64,000 bases of DNA from an uncultured Bacteroidales bacterium (lineage in GTDB: Bacteria > Bacteroidota > Bacteroidia > Bacteroidales > Bacteroidaceae). The stretch lies in NCBI GenBank assembly GCA_945836755.1, contig CAMAMB010000007.1:1828-65827 (forward strand), written 5' to 3'. The position numbers and the translations under genes are program-made. Below the pieces are notes generated by a model that saw only the letters and a program-made list of their open reading frames with translations, was not told where the DNA came from and made no database searches. Shown here in pieces: positions 57,413 to 64,000 of the stretch (positions are counted from its first letter, which is position 1; the number at the start of each line of letters is the position of its first letter).

Positions 57413-58918
57413 ATGTTGCAGGAGAATAGTTCAAATTCCAAGCAGGCTGCATGGGTGGCTATAGGTACATTCTTCTCCTTTATTGTGGGTATAGTTACCC
57501 CCATGATATTGAGTAGATACTTTAATAAAGGAGATTATGGGACCTATAAACAGGTGATGTATGTATACCATACATTATTAACTGTTTTTACTCTTGGCCT
57601 CCCCAAAGCCTATGCCTATTTCCTACCGAAGTACCCTACGACCTTCTCTCGCGATATAATATCTAAGGTCACAAACATATTCTTTGTTCTTGGGGGCATA
57701 TTTTCTGTCTGTCTTGTTCTCTTCTCGGGAGTGATAGCCTTGTTGATGAACAACCCGGACTTGAAGATGGCATTAATCGTCTTCTCCCCAACGCCCTTCC
57801 TGCTGCTGCCGACAATGGGGCTTGATGGTATCTTCGCTTCCTTTCGGCAAACAAAGTACTTAGCTTATTATACGATTGTCACAAGATTGCTCACCATTGT
57901 ATGTATTATATTGCCGGTGGTCTTGTTCTCAGGAAGCTATATACATGCTATCATTGGTTTTGATATAGCCTCTCTTGTCACATTCTTGATAGCGCTCTAC
58001 TTGAAATCGTGGCCTGTTAGAAACGTAGAGCATCAAAAGAGTTCCTTACCTTATCGTGATATATTCAAATTTTCTATTCCTTTATTATATGCCTCTATCT
58101 GGGGGATGATTATCGTATCTGCGAACCAATTCTTTATAAGCAGGTATTATGGTAATGAGGTGTTTGCAGAGTTCTCTAATGGCTTTATGGAGTTCCCCTT
58201 TGTCGGTATGATATTAGGGTCCATCTCGGCTATTCTATTACCCTTGTTTTCTGGCAAAGATAAAGGTGACGGTATCAATTATGAGACGTTGGATATATGG
58301 CATTCGGCTTTATTAAAATCGGCGAAGCTGATATTCCCTATGCTGGCGTTCTGCATCTTTTTTGCTGAGCCTTTGATGACGTGTATGTATGGTGACTTGT
58401 ATGCGGCCTCGTCAGTTTACTTTGTGATCAAGAATATTAGTGGTTTCTTTTACATCATTCCCTTTTACCCTATAATCCTTGCCATTGGTAAGACGAAGGA
58501 GTATGCGCACGTTCATATGTGGGTGGCATTCGTCGTGGTCGTAATAGAATATGTTGTCTGTATGACCTGTGACTCCGCTATATATGTAGCAATTGCTTCA
58601 GAAGTGTGTCAATTGCTCAAGGTGTTGTTGCTGATGAGGGTTATCGCTGATTATGGGCATAAGCGAATAACTGACCTGCTACCGCCTAAGCCCTTGGGGC
58701 GCATCTTATTGATCGCTGTGATAGCTGCTTTTATCCCCCAATCCTTGTTGTCCCTTGTGGACCTTAATAAGTATATTATGCTCCTTGTAGGGCTTACGCT
58801 ATTCCTAATAACTTATTTCCTGCTATGTTGGGGGTTCAGAGTATCATATCGCGAAATAGTTTCGGGCTTTATCAAGAGCCGTTCTCGGCTGTCATCAGTG
58901 GTTAAGTTACTTCCATGA
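57413..58918 (+). CDS. wzx: Oligosaccharide flippase (Wzx)
   Basis: Many TM helices, LSR....DYG.Y, LGLP, FS.PL; polysaccharide context. Confidence 0.85.
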   Translation: MLQENSSNSKQAAWVAIGTFFSFIVGIVTPMILSRYFNKGDYGTYKQVMYVYHTLLTVFTLGLPKAYAYFLPKYPTTFSRDIISKVTNIFFVLGGIFSVCLVLFSGVIALLMNNPDLKMALIVFSPTPFLLLPTMGLDGIFASFRQTKYLAYYTIVTRLLTIVCIILPVVLFSGSYIHAIIGFDIASLVTFLIALYLKSWPVRNVEHQKSSLPYRDIFKFSIPLLYASIWGMIIVSANQFFISRYYGNEVFAEFSNGFMEFPFVGMILGSISAILLPLFSGKDKGDGINYETLDIWHSALLKSAKLIFPMLAFCIFFAEPLMTCMYGDLYAASSVYFVIKNISGFFYIIPFYPIILAIGKTKEYAHVHMWVAFVVVVIEYVVCMTCDSAIYVAIASEVCQLLKVLLLMRVIADYGHKRITDLLPPKPLGRILLIAVIAAFIPQSLLSLVDLNKYIMLLVGLTLFLITYFLLCWGFRVSYREIVSGFIKSRSRLSSVVKLLP

Positions 58919-58955
58919 ACGAGAAACTTGTCAAGCTCTCATGGGCTAAATAATT

Positions 58956-60227
58956 ATGTCGATAACGAAATCTGCTATAACGATGCACCGTGTAAGTCAA
59001 CGGTCTAGGATGTTCAAGAAATCTCGTAGGCTAAGCCTTGGAGAAAGGATTATGTTTTTTATCTTGAACCCCTTCCTCTCTGCAGTGTACTCATTAAAGG
59101 AAATTAGAGACGGCATGTCTCATAAATTCCTATATCTGTGGTTCCTTGTCTTTGGAACATGCTTCTGTGCTGTAAATGAAGCTGCAGATTCATACCGGTA
59201 TGTGGAGGACTTCATGGTTGAGAGTCAGTATACCTTATCTCGCTATCTTATTGAGATAAGGGACTATCTTACTTTTCAATCCAACATCAAAGATATATAC
59301 ACGCTTACAGTGAACTTTATAGTTGGCCAATTCTCTCAGAATTACCATTGGACCTACCTTATCTATGCAAGCGTGTTTGGCTTTTTCTACATCAAGAGTC
59401 TTAAGCTATTTCTCAAACACCAGTTGGTCTCCAGTCCGGTTGTCTTTTATGCGCTGTTATTTATGTTCTGTTACAGCAACCCTATTTTCAATATCAATGG
59501 GGTTAGGTTTTGGACGTCAGCATGGATAGGGGTATATGTGGCGTTGCATTTGTTTTTCGAGAAGGACTACAGGAGATTGCCACTACTTTTACTGATGCCT
59601 TTAATACATGGATCTTCGGTGGTATGGGTTGTCATAGTGGCCCTGGCCTGGCTGCTACATAGATTTCAAAAGGTGACGATAGGGCTTTATATTGTCTCGT
59701 CATTTGTCTCCGCCGTCTCATATCTTAATTTACTTAATGACTATTCTTATCTGCTACCCCAGTTCATGCAGAACCAGATTTGGTCGTACACAGAGTCAGA
59801 CAGAGCATTAGAGCGTCTTAGCGGTGTAAGTGAGTATGGTGCTGCATATGCTGATTTCTTGATGGCCTTGCCTCCTTACTTTCAGATACTGCTCTCTATC
59901 ATTCTCATAGTCAATCGTAAGGTTATTAATAAGAGTGTGAGCTCGGAGAGACAACTGGCGATAATGCTTGCTCTTGCCTCTGTCACAAATTTCTTGTCAG
60001 GTATTCCCTCTATGGGAAGGTTCCAGGCCATGGTAATTCCTTTCCTTGTCATTATCTGGGCATCCAATTACCCGATATTGAAAAAGTACAACAGGTTGTT
60101 TTATTTGGTTCCGGTCCTATACGCGTACTCCCTGTTATATTGGTTTCGTAATATGAGTTCGATTACCGAGCTGCCCCTTTACCTTTTCCCGGCTCCTATC
60201 TCTGTCTCCTATTATTTATTCCCATGA
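58956..60227 (+). CDS. Polysaccharide polymerase (Wzy/EpsG-like)
   Basis: Many TM helices, D...Y, N..R...A, H.S motifs; between flippase and glycosyltransferases. Confidence 0.7.
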   Translation: MSITKSAITMHRVSQRSRMFKKSRRLSLGERIMFFILNPFLSAVYSLKEIRDGMSHKFLYLWFLVFGTCFCAVNEAADSYRYVEDFMVESQYTLSRYLIEIRDYLTFQSNIKDIYTLTVNFIVGQFSQNYHWTYLIYASVFGFFYIKSLKLFLKHQLVSSPVVFYALLFMFCYSNPIFNINGVRFWTSAWIGVYVALHLFFEKDYRRLPLLLLMPLIHGSSVVWVVIVALAWLLHRFQKVTIGLYIVSSFVSAVSYLNLLNDYSYLLPQFMQNQIWSYTESDRALERLSGVSEYGAAYADFLMALPPYFQILLSIILIVNRKVINKSVSSERQLAIMLALASVTNFLSGIPSMGRFQAMVIPFLVIIWASNYPILKKYNRLFYLVPVLYAYSLLYWFRNMSSITELPLYLFPAPISVSYYLFP

Positions 60228-61312
60228 GAATATTGATTATATCTAATCATGCTTACCCGGCACAAGGCCCACGAGCATTCCGCACCTCTGAGTTAGCTGA
60301 ACAGTTGGCTATCTTGGGGCATCAGGTAGTGCTTTATTCTGTGAAGGGAAAGTACGATTACAGTCAGTACGAAAAAGAAACCGGCATCACGATGCGAGAC
60401 ATCAAGCCTCGTTTCGCTACTTTGGCGAATGATGGAACTCGTAGGTATAATATCGTTGATAAGTTCATGTTCCATTATGGTCACCGGTGGTTGTTCTGGC
60501 CTCAATGTGAGTTCCACTTCTTAGTGGAGCGAATTATACGCGATAACCCCAATATGGATATGTTGATTACGATTGCATTCCCGCATTCTATCCATTCAGG
60601 TGCTGCGCGAGCTAAGAAGAAGCTCCCGGATATTTTTCCCAAGAAATGGATTTGTGACTGCGGTGACCCTTTTATGCTCAATCCTTTTTTCAGCATGCCC
60701 AAGTACATGAAGCGCTTTGAAGACATGTGGTGCTCCGGGTGCGATTATATCACTGTTCCTACTACTGAGAGCCACAAGGGATACTACAAGGAGTATTGGC
60801 ATAAGATACGTGTAATTCCTCAGGGCTTTAATTTCTCGAAGACGCCGATAGCTAAATATGAGAAAAACAGAGTACCGACGTTCCTGTTCATGGGGTCAGT
60901 CTATCCCGGGGTACGAGACCCACATTCCTTCATGGATTACCTTTTGAAGTTTGATAAGCCATATAAGTTTAAATTGATGATGCGTTCTCCTCTTGAAGAG
61001 AAGTATGTGAAGGAGTCTGGTGGACAGATTGAATATATTATTGGGAAGGATCGCAAACAGGTGGTGTGGGAGTGCAGCAAGGCTGATTTCCTTATCAACT
61101 TAACGAACCCGTCTACGGTGCAAACCCCGAGCAAACTGATAGATTATGGAATTGCGGGACGTCCCATATTAGATGTGGCTAATGATTTCTTAGACCCAGA
61201 TCTCTTCATCAGGTTCTATGGAGGTGATTATAGCCAATGTCATCAGATCGACTTCTTAGACCAATATCGCATTGAGAATGTAGCACAGCAGTTTCTAAAT
61301 CTATCTGAGTAG
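60224..61312 (+). CDS. Glycosyltransferase (GT-B fold, GT4-like)
   Basis: MRILII, D.GDP, IPQG, F.G..Y, ADFLI...PSKL.DY...GRPIL. Confidence 0.78.
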   Translation: MRILIISNHAYPAQGPRAFRTSELAEQLAILGHQVVLYSVKGKYDYSQYEKETGITMRDIKPRFATLANDGTRRYNIVDKFMFHYGHRWLFWPQCEFHFLVERIIRDNPNMDMLITIAFPHSIHSGAARAKKKLPDIFPKKWICDCGDPFMLNPFFSMPKYMKRFEDMWCSGCDYITVPTTESHKGYYKEYWHKIRVIPQGFNFSKTPIAKYEKNRVPTFLFMGSVYPGVRDPHSFMDYLLKFDKPYKFKLMMRSPLEEKYVKESGGQIEYIIGKDRKQVVWECSKADFLINLTNPSTVQTPSKLIDYGIAGRPILDVANDFLDPDLFIRFYGGDYSQCHQIDFLDQYRIENVAQQFLNLSE

Positions 61313-61318
61313 ATGATT

Positions 61319-62509
61319 ATGAGGGTGCAAGGAACTTCTAAAGTATTAGTTCTAACCTCTGGAGATATATATGAGCGCAGAGGTTTCTTCAACGCGGTGA
61401 TAAGTCGTACCAAGCATCTGATGGAAGCAGGTGGTTTCGACGTGGATGTACTTCTGTTGTCAACGTATGAGCCTTGGCTCGTCAGAAGGCTGCGACATAG
61501 CCAGAAACATGCGAGGCCTGCGGAGTGTACGATAGATGGCGTACATATTAAAATAGATTGGTGTAGGTTCTCCTTGTTTGACTACCTCCTGGACGTTAAA
61601 CTACACAAGGGTCTCTTCTTTAAAGAGTTGCACAATCGAGGTATCATTAGTAAGCTCCAAGGCTATGACTTTATCATCGCCCATTCCAAGGAGTGTGGCC
61701 TTCTGGCTATGAAGGCAAAGCAGATGTACGGCACACCATATTCTGTGACGTGGCATGGCTCCGACATCCACACAGTGCCCTTTAACAATCCCTCTGCATT
61801 TGGCCCTACAAAGTCCATCATCGAGGACGCAGATATTAATTTCTTTGTTAGTAAGGCGTTGCTGAAGACGTCTGAGCGTATCACTGCCAAGGGGAATAAG
61901 CAGCTTCTCTATAATGGGTATAATCCTGCGTTCAAGGTCTATTCTGCTGAGCATCGCCATGCACTTCGTCAGAAGCTGGGTTGTGAAAACAAGAAGGTGG
62001 TATTTTTTGCGGGCGGCTTTCTGGCTATAAAGAATATCTTGGTCATTCCTGCTATATTCCAGGCTATTTACCTTGAGTGCCAAGATGTGGTTTTCTGGAT
62101 GATTGGTGATGGGAAATATCGTTCACAAGTAGAAGCTCTATCAAAGGATTTGCCTGTTGTCTTCTGGGGGAACCAGGAGCCTGAGGCAATGCCGGATTTC
62201 ATGAATGCAGCTGATGTTTTTATCCTTCCTTCCATTAACGAAGGCTTGCCTTTAAGTGTTGTAGAGGCTTTGGCTTGCGGTTGTAATGTGGTCGGGTCCA
62301 TGGTTGGCGGCATTCCTGAGGTGATTGGTGACAATAATTGTGTTGATTTGAAAGCCCCCCACTTCGCCCGGAGTTTTGCTCAAAAGGTCCTGAGTTATTT
62401 ACAAGCACCTGATCCCATCGTACAACCCTTGGCGTCAGACTTTGACTGGAAGCGGACAGCCCTACGTGAGTTGGAGTTCATGAAAAACATCCATTCATGT
62501 AACTCATAG
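61319..62509 (+). CDS. Glycosyltransferase family 4
   Basis: HGSD, ADVFILPS.NEGLP...VEALACG..VV.S.VGGIPE (EX7E); start 61313 or 61319. Confidence 0.92.
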   Translation: MRVQGTSKVLVLTSGDIYERRGFFNAVISRTKHLMEAGGFDVDVLLLSTYEPWLVRRLRHSQKHARPAECTIDGVHIKIDWCRFSLFDYLLDVKLHKGLFFKELHNRGIISKLQGYDFIIAHSKECGLLAMKAKQMYGTPYSVTWHGSDIHTVPFNNPSAFGPTKSIIEDADINFFVSKALLKTSERITAKGNKQLLYNGYNPAFKVYSAEHRHALRQKLGCENKKVVFFAGGFLAIKNILVIPAIFQAIYLECQDVVFWMIGDGKYRSQVEALSKDLPVVFWGNQEPEAMPDFMNAADVFILPSINEGLPLSVVEALACGCNVVGSMVGGIPEVIGDNNCVDLKAPHFARSFAQKVLSYLQAPDPIVQPLASDFDWKRTALRELEFMKNIHSCNS

Positions 62510-62576
62510 ATAATGTGTCGCATAGGTCTATCTGTCTGCCTCTTCACTTCAATCAACCTATCATACAGCTATCACT

Positions 62577-63656
62577 ATGAAAAAGCCGAAGGTGCTCATT
62601 CTCAAGAATAGCATATCCACATACAACACCCCTACATATAACATTCTGGCCCGGATGTTTGATTTAACCGTAGGCTATTACTTGGACAATAAATCTATCA
62701 TCGAGGAAGAATATACTCCACTAAGGTTAGACTATCGGAAGGTGGGGCCGTTTGTGATTATCAAGGGGTTGCGTTCTCTGATAAAGCAGTACGATGTGGT
62801 CACATTCGTGCCAGATCCCCACGTCCTATCTTACATGCTCCTACCCTATATGAGACGTAGGTGCAAGGTCGTTTCATGGGGTATTGGCTTCAGATGCTCT
62901 TATACCCATCCCTACATCGTCGATAGACAGCATACGTTGGTGGATAATCTAATCTATCGGACCTGTTTTAGAAAGGCAGATGCCAATATTTTCTATATGA
63001 AAAAGGCTCTGGAGTTCTGGTCCGACAAAGATATTGACAAGCATAAGGTCTTTATCGCCCCCAACACAACCGATGTGTTGAATGTAGATGTGGCTGCCGG
63101 CATGAAACGCACCATCTTGTTCGTGGGTACTTTGTACAAGCAGAAAGGTGTCGACTTGTTATTGCATGCATACAAGCAGGCCATGTCAAGGTTCAGGTCT
63201 TCCATCCGGCTGGTCATTGTCGGAGCAGGTGAGATGCGTGAAGAGCTTGAGACGTATGTGAAAGATAATGGGCTGGCTGACATGGTCGTTTTCCCGGGTG
63301 CTGTATACGAAGAGAAGGTGTTAGCCCAATATTTTCAAGAGGCCCTTGTATGTGTCTCTCCCACCCAGGGCGGGCTTTCATGCCCTAAGAGCATGGGGTA
63401 TGGCGTTCCATTTATTTGTAAGAAGGATGCCATCACAGGTGGCGAGATTTACCATATAACCCCCAATGTGAACGGTGTGATGTACGATACCGACAGTGAT
63501 TTGGTTGATATTCTGGTAGATGTCTTTCAACATCCCGGTCGCTATGTAGATATGGGTCTCAAGGCCCGGGACTATTATTATCATCATGCGACGTGTGCCC
63601 ACATGGCAGAGGGAGCTGCTAAAGCTATCAGATTTGTATTAGGAGATAAGTCATAG
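62577..63656 (+). CDS. Glycosyltransferase family 4-like
   Basis: LFVG.L...KG.D.L, IVG.G, SP...GLS...SM.YG.P, NG. Confidence 0.85.
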   Translation: MKKPKVLILKNSISTYNTPTYNILARMFDLTVGYYLDNKSIIEEEYTPLRLDYRKVGPFVIIKGLRSLIKQYDVVTFVPDPHVLSYMLLPYMRRRCKVVSWGIGFRCSYTHPYIVDRQHTLVDNLIYRTCFRKADANIFYMKKALEFWSDKDIDKHKVFIAPNTTDVLNVDVAAGMKRTILFVGTLYKQKGVDLLLHAYKQAMSRFRSSIRLVIVGAGEMREELETYVKDNGLADMVVFPGAVYEEKVLAQYFQEALVCVSPTQGGLSCPKSMGYGVPFICKKDAITGGEIYHITPNVNGVMYDTDSDLVDILVDVFQHPGRYVDMGLKARDYYYHHATCAHMAEGAAKAIRFVLGDKS

Positions 63657-63675
63657 AATTTTGCTTTAATATCAT

Positions 63676-64000
63676 ATGCGTATAGACATTATTACGGTGC
63701 TTCCTGAGATGCTGGATGGGTTTGTGAATACTTCCATCCTGGCTCGTGCACAACGCTCGGGGCTGGCTGAAATTCACGTACATAATCTCAGAGATTATAC
63801 CACGAATAAACATCGTCGCGTAGACGACTACCCTTTTGGGGGCTTTGCCGGCATGGTCATGCAGTGCCAGCCTATTGATGCGTGCATCAGTGCCCTGAAG
63901 GCTGAGCGCGACTACGATGAGGTGATATTTACTTCGCCCGACGGTGAGCAGTTCAACCAGCCCATGGCCAACGGCCTGTCTTTGGCGAAGAACCTTATCA
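63676..64000 (+). CDS. trmD: tRNA (guanine37-N1)-methyltransferase, N-terminal part (runs off window end)
   Basis: Manual translation: [12 protein letters not shown]...[24 protein letters not shown]...[10 protein letters not shown]; not in the ORF track. Confidence 0.95.
   Translation, partial: MRIDIITVLPEMLDGFVNTSILARAQRSGLAEIHVHNLRDYTTNKHRRVDDYPFGGFAGMVMQCQPIDACISALKAERDYDEVIFTSPDGEQFNQPMANGLSLAKNLI

Noticed and set aside
1-64000. tRNA, rRNA, IS/transposase, prophage or defence genes
   Set aside because: No supporting motifs seen by eye; tRNAscan-SE, Infernal, ISEScan and DefenseFinder would be needed to exclude them formally.

Overview
Chromosomal window from a Bacteroidales bacterium, probably Prevotellaceae-like (inferred from TAnnTTTG -7 promoter boxes, absence of obvious Shine-Dalgarno sites, and gene families such as the DUF5103 T9SS plug, DUF6452/DUF6048 and the vor operon). 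About 1-52.7 kb is GC-rich housekeeping DNA (fabD, thiD, yicC-gmk, mutS2, hemW, gyrA, dcp, S41 protease, ftsY, rimO, HU proteins, tig-clpP-clpX, lptB, vor, rsmE). About 53.6-63.7 kb is a visibly more AT-rich Wzx/Wzy polysaccharide locus placed before trmD. I saw no tRNA, rRNA, CRISPR array, transposase or integrase. Most notable observations: (1) four intergenic tandem arrays with unrelated unit sequences but the same exact 22-bp period, mostly bracketed by inverted repeats, plus two 21-bp arrays and a 2x22-bp hairpin; (2) an in-frame fusion of 5-formyl-THF cyclo-ligase to an FdtA/QdtA-type sugar 3,4-ketoisomerase heading a GNAT + DegT amino-sugar cassette; (3) a disrupted acyltransferase with a G8 tract in the polysaccharide locus; (4) a long, structured leader on that locus, which has no local upxY. 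All calls are by eye from motifs; no database searches were run.
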